A DNA stretch of 64,000 bases. It comes from Octopus sinensis. Taxonomy: Eukaryota. The notes under the pieces were generated by a model. It had not been told where the DNA came from. It worked only from the letters and a program-made list of their open reading frames with translations, and made no database searches. Shown here piece after piece: positions 37,885 through 51,044 of the stretch. The DNA is taken from positions 1-64,000 of the forward strand of contig NW_021836178.1 of assembly GCF_006345805.1 (NCBI RefSeq), given 5' to 3'. The position numbers and the translations under genes were made by a program. Within the stretch, counting starts at the first letter, position 1; each line of letters starts with the position of its first letter.

Positions 37885-38150
37885 TTATTTTGAACTGCCG
37901 GCGCATAAGATGGCCTGGCAGTTCCCTCGGACGATCGCCAACGAGACTCTTTGGAAAAGATGACGAGTTTCGTTGGGATCCTTGTTTCGTCTGGCAATCT
38001 TCGACCCCAGCCGACGAAGGAAAGAAAGCGATTCTGGGCCGATGACCCCGGATGTCTCCATGGCTACTGGCACAAAATGTGGTTTCTGGCCAGGTACGAG
38101 TATTTTCTTGTTTTTGTGACCTCCGCATGTCTTGCCGCTGAGCCGGGCTC
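37885..38150 (-). mobile_element. CRE-clade 3' fragment
   Basis: HFVPVAMETSGVIGPESLSFLRRLG...LFQRVSLAIVRGNC. Confidence 0.85.
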
Positions 38151-39199
38151 TTGTATTTAGAAACAATTTTAAAATTATTTTTTCAATTTCTTTAGTCGAC
38201 TAAAATGTACTTTTTCAATAATTTCCGCTACTTCATTCTCGTGTTTTCATTCATATCTTGATCCATCCCTAAAAGAGCGTAATCTCCAACTGATATTTCT
38301 TCTTTAAACACGCCGTTAATGAAACGCCAACATCAAATTGACAAAAAATTATCGAAAAAAGATAAATTAATACAAATCGTCATTGGAAATGATTAATTAG
38401 TTATAAATGTGCCCGTCCATAGAATGGACACGCCGTTAAATGGACACTAGGTGATTTGAATAGGGTAACAAGCTAAAGTAAAAAAATATTTATAAAATGA
38501 TTTTAAATTTTAACATAATTTAAAATTAAAATTGAAATAACTTAAATTTTCCATTGAATCCCATAAAATAATTTATAAGTAGACCTTAATAGAAAAAGTA
38601 AAATCAATGAATACTGAACGCTAATTTGGTTTAGGTTGTGAGGGGGGTAATAATTTGACAGATCTCATTGCTATTTTTTCGTTTTAATCTCTAAAATTAG
38701 GTCTTCTAATCAAAAATGAACTGTGCAGACAGCTTGCTCCTTCAGAAGATTCTTGTTTTGACATTTTAATAAATTATGAAGCATTAGATTTTTTTCATTA
38801 TTCTAAAATATCAATTATAATTTAAAATATTATTTTTATTTATGAAATCGGTTTTAAAGCTCATTCTGCTTTGGCATCGATTTTAATTTTTGTTATCGAA
38901 TAGCCGATGACGTCGGAAGTCTCGACGGCGAACTCCAAAAGCCCGGAATGCCCGATTCCCCCATGGCTTGAGGCTAAAACGCCCACGGTGGGGAAATCGT
39001 TGAAAAAGGCATCAAAAACTACAAACTTTGGTCAACAGTCACTGGGACTTACCTGCAAAGGTAATTCTATACTGAGACGTTGGGGTCCCTCTTTCTTTTT
39101 GTTTTCGCGGAAGAAGTCGGTAAGCAAGCCTTACGTTTCATTAATTATTACCCCACATACTATTCGTTGTTACCTAAATAAAGTTGTTACCTTACCTTA

Positions 39200-39801
39200 C
39201 CTACCTCGACGGCGAACAGATACCGTTCAGAGAGCTCCTTGTACTTTCCAATCTTCATCTTCTCGGCTTTGCAAGAGACTGAGCCAGGCTCGACAGCTGA
39301 AGAAGGAAGGTTGAGCTCCGAGAAAGTGTCTGAACACGTCGCATCCCATAACAGAGACTTGCCGAACTCAAACGGGAAAGTCGATAGGCCGTCGGGTCTT
39401 TTTCCGTCTCCCTTTGCAAGCCCAACGGGTTCAAGGATTGATGGAATTCCAGCGGCCGTGAGCCCCCTCTGAATAACGTCGTCGAGTGCTGCATGGCGTG
39501 GTGCGCGCCCTGCACTGCGACGACAGGAAAGGGGATGTAGACCAAAACGGTCAATGACAGCACCACAACGACATTTGTGTATTTCGCAAATTTCCAATCC
39601 GAGACGCAATGATAATCCAATTCGAAGGCAATCTTTGTCTAATAGGTTACCGGTGGCAGGGACAGGGAGAGCATCCAGCCAGGCCCCACTCCCTGTGCAG
39701 CAGCCTGCGCGGAGACATGCAAGTCGAAATTTTTGCGTAGATGTACGTCAAGAGCTTCACATGAGATGGCATCCCATTGAGCTTGGATACACGGGTCACT
39801 G
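39200..39801 (-). mobile_element. CRE-clade fragment (zinc knuckle and endonuclease)
   Basis: SGAWLDALPVP, CRCG..HPLSCRRSAGRAPRH, EPVGLAKGDGKRPDG and [11 protein letters not shown]. Same subfamily as 13946-14528. Confidence 0.9.
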
Positions 39802-40239
39802 AATCACTAGAATTTTATGGATCTGAAAATGACTCTCAATTATATGATAGATGTAATTCTGAAATTGTTAATTATAACATCAAAGAAACAATGAATATTT
39901 TAGAAAATTCATTATTCAATGTATGTCCCAAAGCATTTGGTGAATATTATGTTTTTAAAAAAGCTAGCAAAACTGTTTTTATTTACGATCTGGATTTTAG
40001 AACAATATTTTTTAGGTTACTCTTTTGTTACGTTGTGATCGTCCATTTAAAAAAAACAAAAGAAACACAAACACAAAAGAAACTACAACAGGAACTTTTA
40101 GCAGCAAGAAAATTTTGGAAACAAAATTTTGTATGGTTTTTATTTTTGATAGATATTAAAATTTTCTTAATTTTTAGTTATCCAATTATTAATAGAAAAT
40201 TTAATAAATTTTCTAAATGTGAGCACGTGGGTGACATAC

Positions 40240-41160
40240 TTTGTTGTCATGCTACAGTAGATCTTTATTTTTATTTAATTGGATTCAGAAGGAATATTTC
40301 ACGATGTAGTTTCATTTAATGGTTAAATTATTTGAAATTTCATAATTTTGTAATGTTTGTGAGTTTATTTCTTCAATCTGTCTATTCCACTTATTTTTAA
40401 ATTTGAAAAATTATTATTTTTGATCTCTATTTATTAAATTCCATCTTATTTTTTAATGAAAAGTTCTATTCTGTATAATTTTATGGAACAATTTTATTAT
40501 TTGTGGCTGGATTTTTTTAAAGCATGAGCTGTTTTTAAAATTTTGAGAATATTTTTTCATTTCTATGGTAATTTCGATCCTCCCGTACTTGAACTTCTAG
40601 CTGCAGTAATCTCTAGGCATTCATGTCGGAAATTGACTGCAGCTGTGAAGAATCGGTTTTTATTTTTGGGCATCTAGAGAATAAAATAACGAATGTATAC
40701 TTGTCTAAATGGTTCATCACATATTCGCCATCAGTTGTTGTTTTTTACCTAAAACTAATGCTTCTATAATTTTTAACTACCCGTTTGAGTGATTCTAAAC
40801 ATTTAAATAAATATTTGAAACATTTATTAAAAAACCAAGAGTAAAGTAATTACATTTCTTTTTTATTTTTGTTTTGGAGTAATGTAATAGTTCCCTTTTG
40901 TTCCCAACCATAAATGGAGCCCCATCTGTTGTAATTCCAACTAATTTTGAAAGCGGGAGATTTGATTCTGTTAAAAATTACATTAAATGCAGGAAAACGT
41001 CGGTTCCTGTCACTGTACTCATCAGTGAATATTTTCATAAATTCTTTAAAAATTTGGAATGTTTCGGTTATTCTTCGAACAAATACGACAATTTGAGTTT
41101 CTGTCAGTACTGGTATCCAATGCGATGGAAAAATATTTGAAATTCCCAAAAACTTTTTTT
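40240..41160 (-). mobile_element. hAT (GTF2IRD2-like) transposase relic
   Basis: FKYFSIALDTSTD, TQIVVFVR and LVGITTDGAPFMVG motifs. Confidence 0.7.
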
Positions 41161-41632
41161 AAAGACGGCTGAAGTCGTGAGGCTGAGAGGGATGTTTTCC
41201 TCTGAGAGAATTCCGAACGGCGGGTGTCGATGGCAAAAGGGAACTCGACGAGGCGACAAGCCTGACAGCACCGCGAACATCGCCGTCCATGATTTTGCAA
41301 TTTACTTTTCTGTAAAGGTAGTCGTCATCATACGGGGGTGCAGTCAAATTTGGGCAGTTTGAGTCGAAAGGAGGCTCTGAGCTGGCGAGATAGGCCTGGA
41401 GTCAGCGATGAGAAAAACAGTTCCTGTCGTACGAGGACAGTTCATGTTTGACGGTCGAAGCAAGCGAGGGGGAGGTTTTGTTACTCGATGGGAGAAAGCT
41501 GAGGCCGGAAGAGGCAAAGCAGAACAATCCAAGCCAATGAGATTGCCCGTCGGAGGCCAAAGCGTCATCAATTGCAGTGGACAAAGAGGAAGCAGCTAGG
41601 ATACGAGCAGCTTTTGGGAATAATTTAAACAT
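41160..41632 (-). mobile_element. CRE-clade N-terminal fragment
   Basis: PKAARILAASSL...RKVNCKIMDGDVRGAVRLVASS...LRGKHP, paralogous to 44400-44560. Confidence 0.85.
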
Positions 41633-42394
41633 TAAAAGAAACTACATCGTAAAAATGCCATTTTCCAAAAAAACTGGCGAGCAATAGTCGGTAAACTGTA
41701 TTTGGCAGCTACGGCTTCACGTTCTTAGACAAATTTGAATATTAAATGAATAAATAATTTTTTCTTTTTCTATTGTTTCTTGCTGTTTATCCTCATATTC
41801 ATATGGAAAATGACTTCGATAAGATGAGCGAGAAGGATTCAGTTCAAACTTTCACGGATCCGGACATAAAACATTGTCATGTTCTGCATTATCTTGCCAA
41901 TTAGTCGGGTCTCCGTTTATTAAATATCAATGTCTATTAAATATGCTTGTCCACGTTCGACGTAATTTTCCGTTGTTTCGAGTGGATGGTGACTCAGCAG
42001 GAAGTCAAACTGCACTTTTCAAGTCAGTTGAATGTATCCATTGCCAGTAGATTTTATTCGAGTCACAGGGTTGCAGTCGACTGCCATTTTGTCTTTTTGT
42101 GGCAGTCTTAGCCAGGTTTATACAGCGAGTAATCCGACAGAGCATTTATATTATTGTCAACTGAAATTTGACAGACTACATATCGAGAAAAGCAGTGAGA
42201 CAAGAGTTGACCTGCTCATCACAATTGTCGAGAGTCGGGGATTACTTTTAGTATAGGGGAATAAAAAGAGGTTTATGTTTGCGTTTAGAAGAGTGATCGG
42301 GAAGATGTTTGAAAATGTTCTGAAACAGCTGAAAGAGAAATATGAATGAAATATTATTTAACCTTTCAATTGAAACATTGGATAGTAACCGTTC

Positions 42395-42930
42395 AAATAA
42401 ACTATTTGTCCGCCTGATGTTTTGCTAAAGGACTTAGCCAGACTAATTCCGGCTTTATCCGACATTGGTCTGGTTATTAATTCAAGCAAGTCCGAGATTG
42501 TCAATCTCTCTATTGAGCCATCCCTGTTTAAGAATTCCTTCTCTCTTTTTTGCAAACTCCTTCCTGAGTTGAGACAGACACCTCTGTCTGATCTGGAAAT
42601 TCTGGGGTCACCGATTCTCACCGACTCAGCTACTCGAATCCTCCTTGCCAAGAAAAATCTTATTGCATCTCTTTGTGAAAAACTTTCTGTCATTGATCCT
42701 CATCCTTCATTTTACATTCTCAAGAACTATCTTTTGATCCCAAAAATTGTTTATATCCTGAGGAGCTCACCTTGTTTTTATGCAACCCAAATGCTGGAAT
42801 CTTATGATTCCTTGGTTCGGAGGTCTGCGGAGAAAATTCTCAATGTGCATTTCGACGATATTGCCTGGTGTCAGGCTAAACTTCCTGTGAGTCACGGGGG
42901 TCTGGGCCTCCGTTCTAGTATGGATTTGGA
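42395..42930 (+). mobile_element. CRE-clade RT C-terminal fragment
   Basis: IGLVINSSKSE, ILGSPI, PKIVYILRSSP and LPVSHGGLGLRS. Confidence 0.88.
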
Positions 42931-42932
42931 TT

Positions 42933-44655
42933 TGTACGTCAAGAGCTTCACAAGAAATGGCATCCCATTGAGCTTGGATACACGGGTCACTGGGTCTTTT
43001 GTTGTACAATGAATCCCACAGGTCCAAAGCGGCCACGTGATCAACTGACATTTTTCGTTCAGGTAGGTTTCTGAGAACAATGTCAGTGAGGACACGGGAT
43101 GATGCCGTTGACGAAAGGAAAGCAGGAAGCGCGATAGACACGGGAGAACGGAGTCCAATCCCACCGCGGCTTACAGGCAGGGTGGATTGAATCCAACCCA
43201 GAGGGTCGAAACGTACGTAGCATAGCGACTCTGCTCAGGACTTCAGAATATTTTCAATAACGGAAAGGAGATTTTGTTCGTGAAAACACGGAGAGCTTCT
43301 TAATGTATATAGGAGCTTCGGAGTTGAAAAGTAATTACGGAGAAGAAAGAACCCGACATGAGCGTCGATGAGAGAGAGTCTTTGAATAATGCATGACAGA
43401 ACAGCTGCCTTGTCAATAAGAGTTTGAGACAAAGCCTCGCGACCAATTGGGGAGCCAAGGATGAGGAGGTTTTTTTATCGGTGATCCGCACGCCTTTTAA
43501 AATATCTTCCAGAACGGCCATAGTTTCGACAAAAATTCCGTGTGGGATATTGAGATTTATAACTTCGGATTTGGCAGAGTTTATCTCAAGACCAATAGAT
43601 GAAAGGGCAGGGATAATTACGCGAAGGTCCTCTAGGACAGAGCATGGTGGTCCACATATTGTGGCGTCATCAAGATACCAGATGTTTATAGGGGAAAGGA
43701 CAGAGTGGGCGATGGAATTGACGCAGATTGCAAACAACAGAGGACCAAGAGGATCTCCCTGTTGTACACCGGTCGAAGATACGATAACGGAATCACCGAA
43801 CAAGAGGAGACTTGGTTGAGAGTAAGATAGATGGACCAGACGATAAGCCGAGGGGGCAAGAGCATAGCAGGACTCCAACAGGAAATCTCTTCTGACTGAA
43901 TTAAATGCGTTGGAGATGTCCAGTTTAACCAAAATAAATTCTTCTGGAGTCTCCATTAGTTCCCTTACAGCATGGGCGGCCGACTCACAACCTCCGCTGA
44001 TTCCAACTCCTAATTGCGCGGGCAAAAATTTTTGGGCCAGCTCGGGGACTACTGCGTGGCAGACAAGCTTTCCGGCCAATCTGCGAAAAATATTGCCGAC
44101 GGCGATCGGTCTAACACCATTATCTTTCTTCCCCAGGGCGGTGAGATTAGCAGAAAAAAAAATCGTCCGTGCAAAGTCAGGTAAATCACCCCCGATAAGG
44201 CGGTTGCATAGATCCGTAATAGAAGACAATAGTTGGCGACCAGCCTCAGCAGTTAGGGGAGAAATCAGATCTTTAATGTGTCCTGGTTTTAAACCATCGA
44301 TGCCCCCACTGCTGCTTGGGGAGAAACTTTTGAGTGCCTTCACAACTTGTTTCGCAGAAACTAGTAGTTGTGGAAATGCAATCGAATCAATAGCAGGTGG
44401 TGTGCGGTAATTAACGGGATGCGGAGGGTGTTTAGACCTCAGATTAGACAAAACCGATGGAGAGGGAGATAACAGTCGGTTCGAAGAGGCAACAAGTCTG
44501 ACCGCTCCACGGACATCACCATCCATTAATTTACTAATTACCCTGCGGCGAAAGTAGTTGTCAGGGGAAGTTTCACTGTCCACGGGAGAAGGGGCATCAC
44601 TTTTGTGAGAGTCAGAACGGGAGGAGTCTGAGCGAAGAGAGTCAAACTCTGAATC
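42933..44655 (-). mobile_element. CRE-clade RT region
   Basis: GGIDGLKPGHIKDL, KKDNGVRPIAVGNIFRRL, KLDISNAFNS, GVQQGDPLGPLLF, WYLDDATICG, PKLLYTLRSSP and GGIGLRS. Confidence 0.93.
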
Positions 44656-44789
44656 ACTTATATTTGAAAATTGAGTTATATTCAACAAAAGAACTCGTCT
44701 AAAATTGCGTTTTTCAAAAAATGAAATGGAACTGAAGCTATAATTTATTGAAGTAAAATTTATTATAGGCTGAGTGTAGACGCACTGCT

Positions 44790-45300
44790 GACCATATCCC
44801 GCGGCACACACCTCTAAATGACCTTATCAGAAGGGCTTTGGAAGTTGCCGGTATATCCCCTCCATACCTGAACCCACGGAAATCCATCGGGGAAATGTGA
44901 AGAGACCAGACAGGATCAATGTGTTTCCCTTCAACAGAAGAAAACCACTCACCTGGGACGTAACGTGTGTGGACTCGTTCTCGCCTCAGAACCTGCTGAT
45001 GCCCTCATCCATTCCAGGATCAATTGTCCCAACTGCTGAATGCAAAAAGATGCGGAAGTACTTTTCGCTCGCGGAGAAGTACCATTTTTTTCCTTTCGCA
45101 CTTGAGACTTCCGGTTCCATGGGAGGAAAGGCAATCAGGTTCGTTTAGAAGATCTAGATGTGTACATTCACAGGCGACGCCAGCGAATCAAGATGGTTTT
45201 ATGCGCGAAAATCCATTGTGAAAGTACGGTCTAACTCTTTCTCGACCGTGTCAGCCTCTCGCTTGGCAAGATACGCACGTTTATTAACTTAATGTTGCAT
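44790..45300 (+). mobile_element. CRE-clade endonuclease fragment
   Basis: PRHTPLNDLIRRALEVAGIPSI.EP...KRPDRINVFPF..WDVTCVDSF...AECKKMRKY..FPFALETSG. Confidence 0.85.
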
Positions 45301-46641
45301 CTTAATTTTTTTCCCGAAGAAAGTTGGAATTAAAAAAAATATTATACAAAATTTTTTTTAATAGGACGACTTACAATCATGCTTAAGTCTCCAATTACAA
45401 GGTCAGAACAGAAAGTCGACTTTTCCTGATTTTTATAATCATTCACTTGGCGAATAATACAGTCGTGATTTCCTATTTAAATACGAAATCGGAACGAGGT
45501 ACAGTATCGTATCAAGAATGAACTGTTTAGAGACGAGAATGATGTCAAATCAACAAATATTTGAAACAGAGAACATGTTCCGTCGCAGCAGCTCTAGAGG
45601 TCTTGATGTGCTAAGACAAGGCCGCGAGGAAAAATAATACTGGTTTTCTTGAAAAGATCTTCGAAATTTGTAAAATGATAATATCCGGCCCATTTGCGAG
45701 AAAAATTATCTTTTCCTTATGCATGGCGGCAATAAAGACAACGCTGAATGCACAACAACCTGAACAGAAAACATTCTAACATCTTTATGATATACAGGCA
45801 TGGAGACAAGCTATTCTGCCAACTTCTTTCAGAGGATAGGTCCGGCCACTTAAGTTAACTAAGTAAATGTAGCATATTTCCTCTCGGTTTTCTACTGCAG
45901 AGAGATTGACGCTGTTTTTTCTCAATAAAATAAACATGGGATATCCTTTAGTAAGGCTTGGAAAAAATTGGGAATACATATTCAATCTAATACAAAACAC
46001 CAATCGAAATGGAAATTACGAATTTACATCAAAAAAATTAAATAAGTCTATAGATAAAAGCCAACTGGCCTGATTAAGAATAAGTAACTAGCCACTGAGT
46101 AAAGAAATTGAACTATTCATTAAACATAGTGAATTACAATAATGCAATAAAATATGAGCTACAAATAGAATTCGGAAATTTAAAAGCCGACAATTTTGAC
46201 ATTTTTTGGCCAGACTTTAGTGACACTAACAGAATTTGACGCCCACAGACAGACCCTGGAGAATTAGTGGCGTTTGATATTGATTCGATTTGAAAGATAA
46301 CAAAATAAAATTTGTGGGAAATGTCTAACAGACAAGTAATATCTAATAATATGTTTGCGGGTATATTTTTTTGAGGGAAATTGAAATTTTTCATAACAAG
46401 TAAAATTAATAAACTATTTATTCATAATTGATTAAGACTATCTAAAAACATGAGATAAAATTCCCATTAATTAGCATTTCTTCGATTTCTGACAACATCC
46501 TATCATCAAGAAAAAGCCATGAAAAATTTATATTTTTTAAAATTATATTTTAAGAGGAATATAATCCACTTGATACCAGAAGCGTGTAATAAGTATCGCA
46601 AAAATACGTTATTTAATGAAATTGGCGGCTGATATATTGTG

Positions 46642-49600
46642 ATGGGAATTTTTCTATTTTGTTTATTTCAAAATATTCTGTCAATCATCAGAAGAGATTA
46701 TTGTTTTTCCAATCTGAGTTGTGAAAATGGCGGGACATGTATACAAACACAAGAAGGATTTTCCTACTGCAGGTCATTATGGGAATAAACATTAACATGA
46801 ATAATAGGAATCTTATATTTATTGCTAAAATAATCAAGTAGTATATAGATTATCCACTTGTCAACTTATTGTCACATTTTAGGTGCTTGAATGGCTATTA
46901 TGGGAGTACTTGTGAATTATCGAATCCCTGCAGACCAGAGTTCTGTGGAAATGGCACATGTCTATCCACAGGAGGAGGTCACTACCACTGCATCTGCAAC
47001 ACAGGTACATTAAGATTAATAAGGCGATAATGGACTGGTTCATTATGAGAATGCTTAATTAACTGCTTTGATGTGACGTGAATTTTCTTTAGTTTTCTCA
47101 CACTAATGTGCCATTAAACTACATCCTTGGTGATTCTATCGTTTCTAGGCTTTTATGGGACTGACTGTCAATTTGATGAGAAACACAAGTCATGTGCAGA
47201 TTTGGAATGCTACCACGGCGACTGTATACTCTCAGAAAAAGCCACATGCAAATGCCATGATGGATATATCGGTATGACCTGAAATATCATTTTTAGGAAC
47301 TAACTGTAAATATCACCAAAAATGCTTTTCTGGCGAAATATGCAAAAATGGAGGATTTTGCATTGACAATACAAACCTGTGCCTGTGTCCCCCAGGCTTT
47401 ACAGGTCCTCAATGTCAAAATGACATCAACGAATGTTCTCACGTGGTACCACGCTGCAAGAATAATGGGATTTGCCATAATACTCACGGAGGCTTTACCT
47501 GTGAATGTCAAAATGGATTCCATGGAACATTATGTGAAATTCCAAAATCATTGTGCCACGAAAACTACTGTCTTTTCAATGGGTTATGTACAGAACAAGA
47601 TCAAGTTCCGGTTTGTCACTGCCAGCCAGGCCGAATTGGGCATCGCTGCCAAAATATAGACACATGTTCGGAATCAAAGAGCCATTGCCCTATAAATACA
47701 ATCTGCTCTTTAAATTTGAGTGAAAATAAGGTCGAGTGTCTTCCATTGGTTAAAAATCAACTCGAAGGAAACCAACTAGTCCCAACCACGACGGTCCCTT
47801 GCCTTGACTGTAAAAACGGAATCTGTTTGAACGGAAAATGTCTTTGCAACTCGAATTATTACGGCAAGAGCTGTGAATACAGTCAGGACCTGTCCAAAAC
47901 TCGTTGTGAGAATGGAGGGGTATTCCTGACTACAAGAAATAGATGTCTATGCCCTATAGGATTTGTAGGTTTGTTTATTTTGGGAAAAATTTATTTAAGG
48001 CATAAAATGCGAGAAAAGACTTGATTTTTGCGTTACAAAAAAGTGTTCCATCGACGGAGCTAAATGTGTGGTTGTTCGAGGGAGAGAAATGTGTATTTGT
48101 CAGAACAACAGTCTTCAAAATACATGTGGAAATACGGGTAGCCATGTCTTGTTATAAATCAGCACAAATCAACAAATCTGATCGGATTTGTATGAAAGGC
48201 TATAAAGGAGAGGATTGCTCAGTACAAATCGACAACTGCAGCCCCAATCCTTGTCAAAATAACGGAACATGCATAAATCATGTCAATTCCTTTACTTGTC
48301 AATGTCTCTCTCAGTATACTGGTCTTCACTGCGAACAAATAGAACAAAAATACTCAAAAAGTTCATTTCCCATAGGATTCAGAGGAGAAAACTACAAAAA
48401 ATCCATTTTGGGGAAATGTCTGGTCAACCCCTGCGAGAACGGGGGAGTGTGTATTTCCCAAAATTTGTCACATTTTGGAAATTTGGCCATAAAAAACAAA
48501 TTCCACTGTTTTTGTGTTCCCGGAACACGTGGAATATTATGTGAACAATTCGCTTTTGATCTGTGTCTGTCCAATCCTTGCAAAAACGAAGGAACTTGTG
48601 TCCAAATATCACCTACAAAAACCGTCTGCAAATGTCGACCCTTTTTCTTTGGACGATACTGCGAGGCCTCCACAGTCGACTGTCGATTTGCTGACTGTTT
48701 CATGCCATGGACAGAAAAATGTGTTTTTACATCAAATTCAAAAAAAACTACGTGTATTTGTCATGAAGGATATTCTGGAAATCAGTGTTCTTTCCGTAAC
48801 CAAGATTGTCCGACGGGGAGTTGTGATTTTTGTCCTCTTCACTGTCAAAATAGGGGGAAATGTCGGACAAATTTCGATGGACATTCGTTTTGTGACTGCC
48901 CCCAAAATTATTATGGAGAATTGTATTAATGCTAATTATTATGTTAAAGTTGTGAAATATCAGTAAAAAATCAATGCAAGGAAGGCTTCTGTTCAAACAA
49001 CGCAATTTGTTTGGAAGGAAAGTCTTCCGTGATCTGTGTCTGTCAGCCTGGGTTTTTTGGTCCCACGTGCTCAATCGTTGGTAAAAAAATTCCACAAAAT
49101 CAAATTATTCCTCAAAAAAGTGCAGACTACTGTGCTAATGCTGTACTGATAATGTGACCAATGGCTAGATTTGTGATAAAAAATGTGACTCTGGCTGTTT
49201 ACTCAAGCTGTCGATATACACTCAGGAAGACTGCCAAGTTGCACCAATTTTAGATAAGCTGGAATGTACGCAGACCAAACACTGCTTGTCTGTACTGTCG
49301 GACGGCCACTGTGATCAAGACTGTAATACGAAGGAATATTTTTACGACGGTCTTGACTGCAGTCTGGTGACTTAGTATTTCAAAATAAGACAGAGTGATA
49401 AGACCCAATGTCTAAACCTTCCCGAATGTATAAACGACTATGGAAATGGGATCTGCAACACAAATTGTGCTACTCACCAATGTTCCTTCGACGGCTTTGA
49501 TTGTCTCAGTACATCTTATACCGGAACCTTTACAATTGTGCTTGTGATTCCTCCAGGGAATTTAAACAATCAAATAGGTTTGTAAATACGGAAATCTTAG

Positions 49601-51044
49601 TAATCAAGTTATTTAAAAACGTGGAGCATAGTCACAGGGACTGTTCTCAGTCTTAGAGATGAACCCCAACCACAAGAAATAAAAATGGACAATTACAGTC
49701 TAACTGGGTGGTATAATTAATAAACAAATCAAATAGAACCAAATTGAATGTTGATGTGAAATTGGCTCCATCAAACAAAACATTTGAAAATGCAGAACAA
49801 GTTGCTGGCTTTTTCTCTTTGATGGGGAAAAGAGGCTTATCTACAGGAAGAAAACAAAGGAACGAATTCTCAGTTATCTATCAAGCATATGAAGGTAATA
49901 TGTCCTCATGCTCAATTTTATAGCTAAAGAAGAGAAGAACAATAAAAAAATCAAGATATTACTTCCTCTCATTATATGTTTTGTTGCAATGATTACGGTT
50001 ATACTGAAAACACGTGTCATTCAGTCAAAAATTGTTATGCCTGGTCCTGCAAAAAAAGGCAATCAGGAAAAACACGTGATCCCCAAAAGACGGTTGAAGA
50101 TTTTATATAAAGGTGATTTTGAACGTAAAAAAATATTTATAGAAACTCCACCAAAAAATATCATTTCAAAAAGAAAGATTTATTTATCTGGAATACGCTG
50201 GGACTGTGCCCTTTCTGAGGACCTCCGAGAATCAATCCACGACGTCCTCACCAGGACCGGCGACAGAGGAACTGAGACACTTCTCGAGTCGGCCTGTCGT
50301 CACAACATGAAAAAACAAGTCAAAGTGTTCCTTTCAGCATTTTCCCCAAAATTGTCAGATTGTGACGAAAATGGGCAAAATGTAGTACATTTGGCTGCCA
50401 TTGCCAATGCCTATGAGACTCTACAAGTATTTAAGACCCTCCAATACATATTAGTTATTACTTGATCACGACAGGAGTATGATTGATGTCAAAACATACG
50501 ACGGATCTACTGCAATGATGCTTGCCACAAGATTTCAAGCCACAGAATCTGCAGTTTTGCTAATAGAACGGAAATGTTTGGTGAATCTTACAAATAAAAA
50601 TGGTTTAAATTATTTTTATACATATTTAGGCGACACTGCTGTCCACATGGCTGCCAGATTGAACAATGTTCGTATTTTACAAGTCATTTACAGCACTGGA
50701 ACTCATTTTTTGTATTCTCTCGACAAATATGTAATAAGTTAATATTCAACCTTTGATAGAAAAACAGTCCTTTGCATTGCGCTGCCCAGGAAGGAGCATT
50801 TGAGTCGTGTAAATATCTCATCTCTGTCGGACTGGACTTTGAGTCGGTAAATGGATTAAATAAGAGTTCTTTTGACATTGCAACCGAAATGGGACACGCA
50901 GAAATTTGCCAATATTTCAATTCGTTCAAAAGAGTTTACCAAACGTGCAGTCAATATGACCAACGAGGGAAGAAAAGGAAACTTTCCGTCGGAGAGGCGA
51001 AATTCCATATTAATGACCTGTTTTATGATAAAGTCAAAACTTAA
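46642..51044 (+). CDS. Notch: Notch-family receptor, reduced: about 17 EGF, 3 LNR, NOD/NODP, TM, 6 ANK
   Basis: Signal MGIFLFCLFQNILS; EGF repeats (DINEC..., IDNCSPNPCQNNGTC); LNRs DGHCDQDCNTKEYFYDGLDC and GNGICNTNCATHQCSFDGFDC; NODP FENAEQVAGFF; TM ILLPLIICFVAMITVIL; ANK DGSTAMMLA, GDTAVHMAA and SPLHCAAQEG. Many GT-AG mini-introns. Confidence 0.92.

Noticed and set aside
39777-40319. 180-aa ORF
   Set aside because: Starts antisense within a CRE fragment and continues in low-complexity AT-rich DNA with no recognisable domain.
44656-44811. N-terminal extension of the 503-aa ORF
   Set aside because: Runs through AT-rich flank into the antisense strand of another CRE fragment; chance read-through.
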